A stretch of DNA of 64,000 bases, taken from Dehalococcoidia bacterium. Its GTDB lineage: Bacteria > Chloroflexota > Dehalococcoidia > Lucifugimonadales > VXLM01. The translations under genes were made by a program, and so were the position numbers. The notes under the pieces are model-generated. The model saw nothing but the letters and a program-made list of their open reading frames with translations. It made no database searches and was not told the origin of the DNA. Below, piece by piece: positions 31,291 through 41,180 of the stretch; the first letter of the stretch is position 1, and each line of letters starts with the position of its first letter. Location of the stretch: the NCBI GenBank assembly GCA_963662435.1, contig OY759598.1, positions 2,264,507 through 2,328,506 of the forward strand, given 5' to 3'.

Positions 31291-31444
31291 CCCAATCACA
31301 CATGGCTGCAACAATTCCTACATTTCCACGAACCTTTTTCTTGGAACGGCCGATAATCCTACTTGCACAAACCAATACTGACGAGACGAGTGTCTCTTGT
31401 GCGTCGTTCTCGTATATCTTCCCTTAAGAGTCTGGAAATAGCTT

Positions 31445-31474
31445 TTGACACCAATTTCAAGCCTGTGATATAAC
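31445..31474 (+). promoter_or_regulatory. Sigma70-type promoter
   Basis: TTGACA (31445-31450), 18-nt spacer, TATAAC (31469-31474), with extended -10 TG; about 180 nt upstream of the binding-protein gene. Confidence 0.65.
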
Positions 31475-31652
31475 GTGCCAGACTGTCGCTCGCCTCAGGC
31501 GCTCGCCGGTTCTTCGGGATGTGTAGGACTCTCCTCACGAAGTGCCTAGCAAGCCGATGGACATGGGCGCGGGGACTGGGGCGAAATCTACTGACAGGCA
31601 GTACACGTACACTTTAGTACGGTAAGGGTTATGAGTTAAGGAGGAGGATTCG

Positions 31653-33986
31653 ATGGTTACACGGTTTAGTTTCAGGGCCGCATTCGTGGTCCTTATGGGC
31701 ACTGTGCTCGCATTCGCTGTCGCTTGCGGCGGCGAAGACGACTCCGCTGCCGAACCAACGCCCGATATCGCGGCATTGGTGCGCGACTCGGTCTCGTCCG
31801 CAGTCGCGGCCGCTCCGCAAGGTGCCAGCGCCGCCGAAATTCAGCAGATGGTACAGAGCGCAGTAGCGGAATCTGCTGGCGAAGGTGTTAGCGCGGCCGA
31901 CTTGACGGCAGCAGTTCAACAGGCATCGCAGGGCCAATTGACGGCAGCCCAGGTCCAGGCGATCGTTGAGGAGTCCCTTATGGACGCTGAGGCTGACGCC
32001 GTACCGACGCCCGATATCGCGGCGTTAGTGCGCGACTCGGTCTCGTCCGCAGTCGCATCCCAGCCGCAAGGTGTCAGCGCCGCCGAGATTCAGAGTATGG
32101 TGCAGAACGCTGTAGCATCATCTGCCGGCGCAAGCGTAAGCGCTGCCGAGTTGGAGGCAGCGCTCCAACAGGCTTCTCAAGGCCAGTTGACGGCCGAACA
32201 GGTCCAGGCGATAGTGGCGGAGTCCCTCATGGAGACCGAGGCTGCGATTGCCAGGGCTGCGGACGCTGCAGAAGCCGCACAGCAGACCGCCCAGAGCGCT
32301 CTCCAAGTGCAGGACACAAGCGCGGACATCCAGGCGGCAGTTGAGGCAGCTCTCGCGGCCTCTGTTGCTACCGAGGGCGAGGAGAAGGTTCTCCGCGTAC
32401 GAATGTCCAGCATGCCGGCCCAGTTCGCTCCCCACACCCAGGGTAGCGGGGCCATGGCCCAGGTTATGGGCTGGATTTTCTCCCGCGTGGCGCAGGCCAA
32501 CCCGTCCACCGGTCAGTGGTCGCCGGACCTGGTTTCCAGGTGGGAACTTTCTGACGACTTTACGTCGATAACGCTACATTTGCGCAGTGACGCTACATGG
32601 CACGACGGTACGCCTGTGACGGCGGCCGACTTCGACTACACGGTTCGGTCGTTCCTAGGCCCCGAGATGTCGAGCTGGATGCTTGGCACGATGACCTCCA
32701 TCAAGGGAGCCCAGGCCTACATGGATGCTGGTGGAGATGGCCCCAGTGTTCCGGGCGTCGTTACTCTCGACGACAGCACCGTCCGAGTAGACTTTGAGAT
32801 GCCGTCGATCAATTTCCTCGACGACCTCAACAACCTCTGCGGTCTCGCGCCGATTCCGATACTTCCGGCTCACCTTCTGGACTCAATCCCAGTCGGACAG
32901 CTCTATGAGCACGACTTCTGGTCCAATGGATTGGTCGGATCCGGTCCATGGAGGTTCGTGCAGTGGGTACCCGACCAGTTCTTAGAGATGGAAGCCAACG
33001 ACGACTTCTACTTTGGTCGGCCACAGATTGACCGCATCATCATGGCGATCATCCCGTCCAACGACGCGACCCAGATCGCCCTCCAGCGTGGTGAGGTAGA
33101 CACGAACGTTCGTGGTGGTATCAGCGAGGATGCCCAGCGTTCGCTCCTGCTCGACCCGCGATTCGACGTTTGGGCGACCGCTAACACGGTCTCCGGTGGG
33201 TTCTCATTCAACATGAGGGTTCCGGTCATAAACGACCCCCGATTGCACCAGGCATGGCTGCATGCCCTCGACCGTGAGAAACTGCTCCAGACCTTCTCCG
33301 GCGGCCTTGGAAACATCGTGAACACGCCGCTCACCCACGGCTGGTATCAGAAGCCGGAGTGGCAGGACCTGTACAAGTACAACCCTGACACGGCGCGCGA
33401 ACTCCTCGCCGAGATGGGTTGGGACTCCAACCGTGCGATTCCGATCAACATCGGCCCAATCAGGAACGAGCAGCAGGCGGCCCAGTACGCGGCTGAGCAG
33501 CAGTACCTCGCGGAAGTCGGGATCAATGTCGACTTCAAGGTGCTGGAGAGTGCGGCTTCCTTCGACGCGTTCTACGTAGACCACGACTACGAGGTCACGC
33601 ACGGCGGTGGCGGCGGAATCCAGGGAGGCCCAGCCCAGTATCTTCTGGGACGCTGGGTAACTTGTGACGCTCCAAGCTGCGACCCGTGGGGTTACTCCGA
33701 GTACTCCGGTTGGGACGACCTCATTTACCAAGGCGCTGCCATTACCGACAGGGCCGAGGCCGCTGCCCACTGGCAGATGATCAACGAAGAGTACATGATG
33801 AAGGACCTGCCGGTCGCCGGTCTTTGGATCGCCGCGGGCGTGAAGGTTAAGAACAAGCGCTTCGTCATGCCGATTTACGGCGAGATCCCTAAGCCTTCGC
33901 AGCTCAACCAGATTCGCATCTACCCGGTGCACATCGGTCGAGACGATAACTGGCAGTTCCACCCGGAACAGTGGTTCATCGAATAA
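31653..33986 (+). CDS. ABC substrate-binding lipoprotein, family 5, with repeated N-terminal extension
   Basis: Lipobox AVAC; WHDGTPVTAADFDYT, GSGPWRF, YKYNPDTARELLAEMGW; strong GGAGGAGG RBS. Confidence 0.9.
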   Translation: MVTRFSFRAAFVVLMGTVLAFAVACGGEDDSAAEPTPDIAALVRDSVSSAVAAAPQGASAAEIQQMVQSAVAESAGEGVSAADLTAAVQQASQGQLTAAQVQAIVEESLMDAEADAVPTPDIAALVRDSVSSAVASQPQGVSAAEIQSMVQNAVASSAGASVSAAELEAALQQASQGQLTAEQVQAIVAESLMETEAAIARAADAAEAAQQTAQSALQVQDTSADIQAAVEAALAASVATEGEEKVLRVRMSSMPAQFAPHTQGSGAMAQVMGWIFSRVAQANPSTGQWSPDLVSRWELSDDFTSITLHLRSDATWHDGTPVTAADFDYTVRSFLGPEMSSWMLGTMTSIKGAQAYMDAGGDGPSVPGVVTLDDSTVRVDFEMPSINFLDDLNNLCGLAPIPILPAHLLDSIPVGQLYEHDFWSNGLVGSGPWRFVQWVPDQFLEMEANDDFYFGRPQIDRIIMAIIPSNDATQIALQRGEVDTNVRGGISEDAQRSLLLDPRFDVWATANTVSGGFSFNMRVPVINDPRLHQAWLHALDREKLLQTFSGGLGNIVNTPLTHGWYQKPEWQDLYKYNPDTARELLAEMGWDSNRAIPINIGPIRNEQQAAQYAAEQQYLAEVGINVDFKVLESAASFDAFYVDHDYEVTHGGGGGIQGGPAQYLLGRWVTCDAPSCDPWGYSEYSGWDDLIYQGAAITDRAEAAAHWQMINEEYMMKDLPVAGLWIAAGVKVKNKRFVMPIYGEIPKPSQLNQIRIYPVHIGRDDNWQFHPEQWFIE
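31755..32233 (+). repeat. Intragenic tandem duplication, period 249 nt (83 aa)
   Basis: PTPDIAALVRDSVSSAVA...GQLTAxQVQAIVxESLM occurs twice; the DNA copies start at 31755 and 32004. Confidence 0.92.
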
Positions 33987-34022
33987 GCCGATTCGACATT
34001 CGTCAACCGGTTTGAAGTAAGC

Positions 34023-34076
34023 CGACAATCGACCCGGAGCAGAAAGCACAAGCTACGCTGCTCCGGGTTGGTGTCG
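34023..34076 (+). promoter_or_regulatory. Strong intercistronic stem-loop (mRNA stabiliser or attenuator)
   Basis: CGACA-ATCGACCCGGAGCAG...CTGCTCCGGGTTGG-TGTCG between the binding-protein and permease genes; no U-tract. Confidence 0.6.
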
Positions 34077-34143
34077 CAGTCATTTGCACCGACCTCGTCA
34101 CGAAAGACGTGCGGTGCTCGAGTCCTACTGATGAGAACGATAC

Positions 34144-35103
34144 TTGACTAAAGTAATCATCCGAAGGCTAATCATCGCCGTCCCATTGCTGGTGGCGATT
34201 ACCATCGTCTCATTCACGTTTATTAACCTGGCCCCCGGCGACCCTGTCTCGGCGCTTATCGACCCCGAGCTCGGGCAGGCCGGCAGTAGCGACGCGCTCC
34301 GCGAGCGTTACGGTCTGAACAAACCGATAATCGTTCGCTACTTCATTTGGTTGAGGGAACTTGCTACGGGCAACATGGGCTTCTCATACCAGTCCGGCCA
34401 GCCGGTGGCCGAGATGATCGGTCGGCGGGTCCTGCCAACGTTGGAGCTCACCCTCACAGCATTTGTCATCTCTACGATCTTCGGGACCTTGTTTGGCGTT
34501 ATCTCCGCCCTCAAGCAATACAGCTTTTACGACTATTCGTTAAGCGTCGTCTCGTTATTCGGCATATCTATCCCTAACTTTTTCTTTGCCCTTCTAGCCT
34601 TATGGATTTTCGGAGCGATCTTGGGGTGGTTCCCTACGTTTGGAATGGGAAAATACGGTGAACCATTCAACATCTGGGATAACTTGTACCACCTGGTCTT
34701 GCCGGCAACCGTATTGTCTATCGACTCTCTCGCGGGAAATACTCGGTATGCCCGTACGTCGATGCTCGAAGTGATGCACTCCGATTACATTACGACCGCT
34801 CGCGCCAAAGGCTTGTCTCGCTACGCTGTAATCGGCAGGCACGGTTTCCGGAACGCGCTGATCCCTATCATCACAATCACAACCCTCCGACTGCCAGGAC
34901 TCATCGGCGGCACGATCCTCATTGAAAACATGTTTGCTTGGCCCGGCATGGGACAGCTTACGGTTGCCTCGGTCGGATACCGTGACTACTCGGTGCTCAT
35001 GGGAGTGATCCTAATTACAGCGATTATGGTGCTTTTGGCAAACTTGCTTGCCGACGTACTGTATACATACACCGACCCACGAGTCCGAATCGAAGATAGC
35101 TAA
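34144..35103 (+). CDS. Peptide ABC transporter permease (OppB/DppB-like)
   Basis: APGDP, YGLNKP, RTSMLEVMHSDYITTARAKGL, IENMFAWPGMG, DPRVR. Confidence 0.93.
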   Translation: MTKVIIRRLIIAVPLLVAITIVSFTFINLAPGDPVSALIDPELGQAGSSDALRERYGLNKPIIVRYFIWLRELATGNMGFSYQSGQPVAEMIGRRVLPTLELTLTAFVISTIFGTLFGVISALKQYSFYDYSLSVVSLFGISIPNFFFALLALWIFGAILGWFPTFGMGKYGEPFNIWDNLYHLVLPATVLSIDSLAGNTRYARTSMLEVMHSDYITTARAKGLSRYAVIGRHGFRNALIPIITITTLRLPGLIGGTILIENMFAWPGMGQLTVASVGYRDYSVLMGVILITAIMVLLANLLADVLYTYTDPRVRIEDS

Positions 35104-35117
35104 AGGAGTTCCGCTGA

Positions 35118-36017
35118 ATGGAGAGTGAGGCGGCAGCCGGCCTGACAGCCTTGCACGGCGAGACCAGGAGACGAACACGACGGAGCCTGTGGTTCAGGTT
35201 TCGGCGACATCGTCTGGCGCTGTTTGGGGCTTCCGTTCTTGCGTTATTTGGATTGATGGCGCTATTCGCCCCGATCGTTGCAATCCACGACCCCGCGTAC
35301 GTCGACCTCGATCACATCAAAGAGGGCCCGACACTGACTCATATTTTGGGAACGGATTCCGCAGGACGTGACGTATGGGCGAGGCTGTGGTTCGCCGCGC
35401 GGGTCTCACTGACTGTCGGTATTGGCGCCGCGCTGATCTCCTCAGCGATCGGAGCAGTCCTTGGAATGATCTCCGGGTACGCAGGAGGTCAGTCCGACAA
35501 CTCCATCCAGCGCTTCACCGAGTTCACTTCGACTATCCCTACCTTTTTTGCGGTGATCTTGCTCGTTTCGCTGACGGGAGCTCACGTTTCCAACCTGATC
35601 ATAGTAATCGGTGTTTTGGGTTGGACGGGAAAGGCGCGCCTCGTTCGAGGCCAAGTGCTCTCACTCAAGGAAATGGAGTACGTCACTGCAGCCAGAGCAC
35701 TCGGTGCGAGCAACCTGCGAATCATCGCATCGCATATTTTCCCTGGCGCGATACCGTACATCGTCGTCTCGGGCACGTTGACTTTGGCAGGCGCAATCAT
35801 CACCGAGGCGGGTCTGAGCTTCCTCGGCCTGGGTGTGCAATTCCCGACACCAACTTGGGGCAATATGATGAACTCAGCCCAGTCGTTGCACGTACTTCAG
35901 TTCCAGCCGTGGCTATGGCTCCCGCCTGGAATCGCCATTGGCATGACGGTCCTGGCGGTCAATTTCCTCGGTGACGGCCTCCGCGATGCCCTCGATCCTC
36001 GAACTAAGGTAGACTAA
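35118..36017 (+). CDS. Peptide ABC transporter permease (OppC/DppC-like)
   Basis: HILGTDSAGRDVW, EYVTAARALGA, EAGLSFLGLGVQ.PTPTWG, GDGLRDALDP. Confidence 0.93.
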   Translation: MESEAAAGLTALHGETRRRTRRSLWFRFRRHRLALFGASVLALFGLMALFAPIVAIHDPAYVDLDHIKEGPTLTHILGTDSAGRDVWARLWFAARVSLTVGIGAALISSAIGAVLGMISGYAGGQSDNSIQRFTEFTSTIPTFFAVILLVSLTGAHVSNLIIVIGVLGWTGKARLVRGQVLSLKEMEYVTAARALGASNLRIIASHIFPGAIPYIVVSGTLTLAGAIITEAGLSFLGLGVQFPTPTWGNMMNSAQSLHVLQFQPWLWLPPGIAIGMTVLAVNFLGDGLRDALDPRTKVD

Positions 36018-36045
36018 TCATGGAAAACACCGGTTAAGGGGGATC

Positions 36046-36624
36046 ATGAGCTATCTACGACCTGGACTCCTCATTGCGATCTTCGTTTTTCCGCTGCTCG
36101 TATTGAACCTTGCTGCCTGCGGATCCGATGGCGGCGATGCCGTTGGTACGCCGGTCGGACCCTCGGGTCAAGCCAATGAGGTCCTGGTCCAGTTGATGCA
36201 GACGCGGTTCGCCGGAGAAACCAATGACGGAGAACCTCGATTCATCAATGTTCAGGTCCGCGATAACCGCCAGACGACCGGATTCAATGTCCTCGTGGAG
36301 TTCAATGGCGACGAGTTCGAGACAATCGTTGAGGAGTTTCGGACGATTAATGTTTGGATGGCCGACGCATACGCCGACCTATTCACATCCGGTCGGGATG
36401 TGGCGGAAGGGCACATGAGTGCTCGGATGCAGGTTATCGGACGGCAAGGAACGTCTCCCAATAGCATTGTGTACAAGACTCGGCTTAAGCGAGAAGACGC
36501 CGAGGGGATAGACTGGGCAAATAGAGCTAATGTCGACTTCCGGGAGATATGGGATGTCCTGATTCTCAACCCGACCTGGCGGCAGGCTCTTACAGAGGCT
36601 GGAGAGATTTCGACCGAATCCTAG
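36046..36624 (+). CDS. Hypothetical lipoprotein
   Basis: Lipobox LAAC and plausible RBS; co-oriented with the ABC genes; no family recognised. Confidence 0.65.
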   Translation: MSYLRPGLLIAIFVFPLLVLNLAACGSDGGDAVGTPVGPSGQANEVLVQLMQTRFAGETNDGEPRFINVQVRDNRQTTGFNVLVEFNGDEFETIVEEFRTINVWMADAYADLFTSGRDVAEGHMSARMQVIGRQGTSPNSIVYKTRLKREDAEGIDWANRANVDFREIWDVLILNPTWRQALTEAGEISTES

Positions 36625-36646
36625 CCCTGCTGTCCATAGACAGTCA

Positions 36647-38680
36647 TCATGCCTTCCACCCTGTCTTCCAGGAATCTCCGACCTTAGAGTCCCCCTTCCA
36701 CTCACGTCGTCCAATGATGCGTTTCTGACGGTTAAGAGCCCATAACAAAGCGACCATCAGGGCCACTACGAGGCCGACGGCCCACACATTGAAGCCCAGC
36801 CCTGTCTGAAGCTGTCCACGGAAGCTCATGACGATGCCACCGTCTCCGGCGGCGAAGGCAGACAGTCGACTAAGGGCAGTTATCGTATGAAAATCGCTGT
36901 TTGTTGTGACGTTTTCCTGCGACCACGTCGCCCCGCCATCGGACGAGTGAATGAGTGTGCCACCCTGCCCAACAGCCCACCCATCGTCAAGTGTGGCGAA
37001 CTCAATGGCAGTCAGGTCGACCGAAGTCCCAGTCGCTTCACCGAACCACGTTGCTCCTCCGTCGCGAGTTGATAAGAGAACGCCCGCCTCGCCGACTGCC
37101 CACCCGGTCACCTCGTCCATGAAAAAGACGTCGAGAAGATCGACGCTGGCGCCACTAAGCTGCGCTGCCCATGTCGAACCCCCATCGAAGGTCGCGAGGA
37201 TCTCCCCGTCCTCTCCAACAATCCAACCGGTCCGACTAGTAACAAAACTCAGCCCAAAAAATGAGCGGTCGCCCTGATCACGGCGCGTCCAGGTCGTGCC
37301 TCGGTCGCTGGTCGTGAGCACCGTGCCTCCGGCCCCCACGACCACCCCAACCGAGACATTGTGAAACTGCACGTCATGAAGGTCTTCCATTTCGCCGGTG
37401 TCCTGTCTGAACCAGGTAGCACCACCGTCAGCAGTGCGTACGACGACGCCCTTCTCGCCCACGGCCCACCCGCGAATCGAGTCGATGAAGTGAACAGCAT
37501 GGAGCTTCGCTGAGGTCCCGCTACTCTGACGACTGAGGGTAATAGCCCGATCCCTGGTCTTCATAATGGTGCCGGACGTTCCGACCGCCCAACCCTCACT
37601 CTCGCTGATGAAGGAGACGTCTCGGATAGACGACGCACCCCGAACGGTGTCCCAGGTGTCACCCCCGTCTTGCGTCCGCAGAATGACGCCGTCGGTTCCT
37701 GCAGCGAGGACTGTGTTGGAATCCAAGGCGAACACGGTGAGAAGGGACGAGTCTGTCTGCGAGTCCTGGGCTACCCAATTCTCGCCCCCTAGCTTGGTGG
37801 CTAGGATGGTGCCGTCTCGCCCAACGGCCCAACCGAAGAATTTATCAACGAACACGACGTCCAAGAGGTACGTCGCAGTCTCAGTTTCATATCGCGTCCA
37901 GTTGGCTGCATCGACGGTACTAAGGATGACGCCTCCACTACCGACGGCCCAGCCCGTCCGTTCATCTACAAATTCCACTCCGAATATGAACTCGTCGGTA
38001 CCGCTGTGGCTGGTATTCCACGTTTGACCACCATCGGCTGTGACGTATGTGCCGCCTCCGTCGCCTACCGCCCAGCCTGTCGACTGGTCTAGGAACACAA
38101 CGTCTTGGAGCCAGCCCGTGCCTGGCCCTGTCTCAGTGACCCAGGTCACGCCGCCGTCCAACGTCCGCGATCGGATTCCATTAGCATCCAAGACGAGACC
38201 CTTGCGAGTGTCCTCAAATATGACCGCCCGAATCGTGGTCGAGACTTCCAACTCACTCGCGTCCCACGTGATGCCTCCGTCTGTCGTCCGGAGGACTATT
38301 CCTCCGTCTCCAACCGCCCAACCGGTCAGTTTATCGACAAAGAACACGCTGTGTAGTGCTAGCGTTGTGCCTGACGACTGCGTTACCCAGGTTTCTCCCC
38401 GGTCGGTCGTCTTGAGAACCGTACCCGCAGTCCCGACTGCCCACCCGGTCTGTGCGTCGACGAATGTCATGTCGAGAAGCGATGTTCCAAGGCTCTGAAC
38501 GGTCGACCAGCCATTTGTCCGCGCGTGGTCGGCGAGAGTTACGCTCAGACTTCCAGAAAGGAATAGCGATGCAAAGGCGCCGACGAGAAGGATGCGAGGT
38601 AGGTGATTGAGAAAGAGTTTAAAACCGCTCAATTCAATTGAGATGATGCTAGTCCCACTCAATAATGACGCCAAGGGCAT
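36647..38680 (-). CDS. YCF48/BNR-repeat double beta-propeller with C-terminal membrane anchor
   Basis: 14 repeats of FxDxxxGWAVGxxGxxLxTxDGGxTW, an N-terminal hydrophobic segment, and a C-terminal TM followed by a basic tail. Start uncertain. Confidence 0.85.
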   Translation of the reverse strand: MPLASLLSGTSIISIELSGFKLFLNHLPRILLVGAFASLFLSGSLSVTLADHARTNGWSTVQSLGTSLLDMTFVDAQTGWAVGTAGTVLKTTDRGETWVTQSSGTTLALHSVFFVDKLTGWAVGDGGIVLRTTDGGITWDASELEVSTTIRAVIFEDTRKGLVLDANGIRSRTLDGGVTWVTETGPGTGWLQDVVFLDQSTGWAVGDGGGTYVTADGGQTWNTSHSGTDEFIFGVEFVDERTGWAVGSGGVILSTVDAANWTRYETETATYLLDVVFVDKFFGWAVGRDGTILATKLGGENWVAQDSQTDSSLLTVFALDSNTVLAAGTDGVILRTQDGGDTWDTVRGASSIRDVSFISESEGWAVGTSGTIMKTRDRAITLSRQSSGTSAKLHAVHFIDSIRGWAVGEKGVVVRTADGGATWFRQDTGEMEDLHDVQFHNVSVGVVVGAGGTVLTTSDRGTTWTRRDQGDRSFFGLSFVTSRTGWIVGEDGEILATFDGGSTWAAQLSGASVDLLDVFFMDEVTGWAVGEAGVLLSTRDGGATWFGEATGTSVDLTAIEFATLDDGWAVGQGGTLIHSSDGGATWSQENVTTNSDFHTITALSRLSAFAAGDGGIVMSFRGQLQTGLGFNVWAVGLVVALMVALLWALNRQKRIIGRREWKGDSKVGDSWKTGWKA

Positions 38681-39644
38681 CCTGCGGGTTACTAAACAGG
38701 AAGTGGTATGCCTCAGGGGTCTGCTGCCAGGGCATACGGTGGGTAATAAGCGGCTCGACGTTTATTCTTCCGTCGATGAGCATCTGTGCAGTGTCTCTCA
38801 GGTGCATACGCGGAGTCGGAGAATTCCAATAGCCAAAGACGATCTGGCTGCGCTGCATAAGGCCCGAGTCGAGCGGCAGGAGACCGGAGCCGGGAACACC
38901 GTCGCCCGCCTGATAGAGAGCGATGAGGTGAATGGTCCCGCCGGCCTTGACCAGCATCTGTTGCGCCTGTCTGAACGACTCGACGCCTGCATTTCCGCCG
39001 ACGCATTCGACTACAACGTCCGCTCCCTTGCCGTCGGTCAAGTCTTTCACTGCCTCGACAGTATCGATTTCGGCGGCGTTCAAGACTATGTCCGCACCAG
39101 TACTCTCTGCAATTTTGCACCGAAGCTTGGTTGCGTCTATCACGATGACTCTGTCGGGGTTACGCTCACGGACTGCCTGAGCGTACAGGTTGCCAACGAG
39201 CCCTTGTCCCAGCACTACGACCGTATCGCCAGGGCTAATAGGTGTCACACGTGACCAAGCTACACCACCATTAGCCAATGGAAGAAAGGTAGCAGCGTCG
39301 TGGCTGAGTCCGTCCGGTAGGACGAAAATCCGTTCGTCATCGCTAATGGCTGGCCTTCGTACAAACTGAGCGTGCGGAGCAGACGCCATCACACTTGTGC
39401 CCAGAGCGATGTTAGTCACATTCGTACCAACCTCGACTACAACGCCGGCATCCGAGTATCCCATGATCTCGGGGCTCACTGCGATCTCTTTAACGTAGCG
39501 AGCGAAAAGTTCCGAGCCTCGGCTAATGAGGCTGCGCGTGACCTCGACGACAACGTCGTCCGGACCTGCGGTGGGCACCTCGGTCTCCACCATCTGGACG
39601 TTCCCAGCGCCCTCCAGCTTTTCCAGCCTCATTATAGTTGGCAA
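38649..39644 (-). CDS. Medium-chain dehydrogenase/reductase (MDR), zinc-ligand-lacking type
   Basis: SLISRGSE and MGYS in place of the GxCxSD and GHE zinc ligands; GQGLVG nucleotide motif; TTG start after GGAGGAG. Confidence 0.85.
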   Translation of the reverse strand: MPTIMRLEKLEGAGNVQMVETEVPTAGPDDVVVEVTRSLISRGSELFARYVKEIAVSPEIMGYSDAGVVVEVGTNVTNIALGTSVMASAPHAQFVRRPAISDDERIFVLPDGLSHDAATFLPLANGGVAWSRVTPISPGDTVVVLGQGLVGNLYAQAVRERNPDRVIVIDATKLRCKIAESTGADIVLNAAEIDTVEAVKDLTDGKGADVVVECVGGNAGVESFRQAQQMLVKAGGTIHLIALYQAGDGVPGSGLLPLDSGLMQRSQIVFGYWNSPTPRMHLRDTAQMLIDGRINVEPLITHRMPWQQTPEAYHFLFSNPQDALGVIIEWD

Positions 39645-39697
39645 GGTATTCTCCTCCAGTGAATTTCTATGGTAGCAGATTGGAGTTGGCGAACCGG

Positions 39698-40756
39698 TCA
39701 ATTTGGCTCCTCGTTACCCCACTCACGAGAATCTATGCACCTCGTCCGGTTCTTCACTGGCAACTCGACGCGCGCGCCACCGAGGTCATTGGACTCATGT
39801 ATCGCAAATCCAATCTCCGTCGCCCGGCGAGCCTGCGGGATGTCGCAGTTCGTCTGACCGCCGGTGCGCATCGCGCTGAGCAGATCGCGGATCATCGCCG
39901 GACCGCGAGGCCACGGCTCGGTCGATTTCGGAAGCTCGATCTCCTTGGGCCTACCGTGCATCTTCGCGTCCGTGTCGATTTCGTACAGAAACGCTTGCCC
40001 ACCTTCATTTAGCACGTCAATCCGACCAGCATCGCCGAGGATCGTGAACGCGCGGTTGCCCCCTTCAGGCGCCACGAACATCGTCACGCCGTTATCGAGG
40101 CCTACCCACGCCCGTCCTGCCGGGTCGCCTTGCCTAAAGTCGTCGGGGGGCAGGTGGCTCATGTCGTTCAGAAGCCCGCTCACCCAGACCGGCTCCGGAT
40201 CACCGACCAGATGAAGCGCGGTGTCGTACCAGTGGCAGCCGTGGTTGACGAGATCGGAGACCCCGAACGCAAGAATACTCGTCACCTTGCCGACCGCGCC
40301 GCCTCGAACCATGTCGCTGATCGTGATGTATGGCTCGCCCCAACGAAGTTCTGTACCGTAGGCAAAGGGCACCTTCCCGTCCGTACAGGCTTTGAATATT
40401 CGGTCTCCTTCTTCAAGGGTCGTGACGAGCGGCTTGTCGCAGACGATGCCCTTGACACCGGCCTCCACCGCGGCAACGATCTGGTCGACATGATAGGTCT
40501 GTCGCGTCGCGAGGCAGAGAATGTCCGGCTTCACCTCTTCCAGCATTCTTTTGTAGTCGCCGTAAGGGACGATGTCCCCCCAGACGTGTTTCCAGGTCGC
40601 ACAAAATTGCTCCCTGGTCTCCTGTCCTGCGTCGTAGGCTGCAACGACCTGAACGTCCTCGACGGGCGCGAAGGCCGAACCCCAGTTATGACCCCCAGGC
40701 GTCGTCTGAAGGCTCCTGTGTACTCCGGCGAAAACCGCTCTGAGTTGTTCGGGCAT
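39698..40756 (-). CDS. Gfo/Idh/MocA family oxidoreductase
   Basis: GIVCDKPL, NHGCHWYD, C-terminal AIHESNDLGGARVELPV. Confidence 0.87.
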   Translation of the reverse strand: MPEQLRAVFAGVHRSLQTTPGGHNWGSAFAPVEDVQVVAAYDAGQETREQFCATWKHVWGDIVPYGDYKRMLEEVKPDILCLATRQTYHVDQIVAAVEAGVKGIVCDKPLVTTLEEGDRIFKACTDGKVPFAYGTELRWGEPYITISDMVRGGAVGKVTSILAFGVSDLVNHGCHWYDTALHLVGDPEPVWVSGLLNDMSHLPPDDFRQGDPAGRAWVGLDNGVTMFVAPEGGNRAFTILGDAGRIDVLNEGGQAFLYEIDTDAKMHGRPKEIELPKSTEPWPRGPAMIRDLLSAMRTGGQTNCDIPQARRATEIGFAIHESNDLGGARVELPVKNRTRCIDSREWGNEEPN

Positions 40757-40782
40757 TGCTCTGTTCCTGTTGGTGCGGCCGA

Positions 40783-41097
40783 TCAGTCGATTCTTTCAAG
40801 CAAGTAGAACACCGGCCTAAACCCGTCCGAACAGCTAGTGATGGTCGTGCCGGGCTTCACGCCAAGCATGTTCCCGCCGCGGCCCAGCAAAACGACGTAT
40901 CTGTGGATATCCGTCCAGGCCCAGTCGCTGAATCCCTCTGGCATGTTCGTACCGTCGGTGATGAACTCTTGACCCTCTTCGAACGAGTGACAGCAGCCTT
41001 CGGGCTTCCACTCGACGCCCTCGGTGTACTCGTCAACCCATTCCTGATTGAACGTCTTCTTCAGTACGGTGATTCGTACTGGCTTAGCGGCGACCAT
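40783..41097 (-). CDS. TIGR04076-family-like small protein
   Basis: VRITVLK..C..FEEGQEF..PEGFSDWAW..SCSDGFRPVFYLLERI pattern; ATG 41097 after AGGAGG. Confidence 0.75.
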   Translation of the reverse strand: MVAAKPVRITVLKKTFNQEWVDEYTEGVEWKPEGCCHSFEEGQEFITDGTNMPEGFSDWAWTDIHRYVVLLGRGGNMLGVKPGTTITSCSDGFRPVFYLLERID

Positions 41098-41135
41098 TTG
41101 TTTGCCTCCTGAATTGACTATTGGCGGGGCCTTCA

Positions 41136-41170
41136 CCCTCACCCATACCCTCTACCTTCAAGGAATACGG
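41136..41170. repeat. Degenerate REP-like element (CCCTCACCCnnnCCCTCTCCC...GGGAGAGGG type)
   Basis: CCCTCACCCATACCCTCTACCTTCAAGGAATACGG; related to copies near 42826 and flanking the IS. Confidence 0.55.
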
Positions 41171-41180
41171 CGCTAACACT

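Noticed and set aside
33204..34049. 281-aa antisense ORF, and similar long antisense ORFs at 52705, 59812 and 60946
   Set aside because: Shadow ORFs opposite well-supported genes, expected from GC-rich codon bias.
36647..38680. Photosystem II assembly function for the YCF48-like protein
   Set aside because: The repeat is widespread in non-phototrophs and no photosynthesis genes are present in the window.
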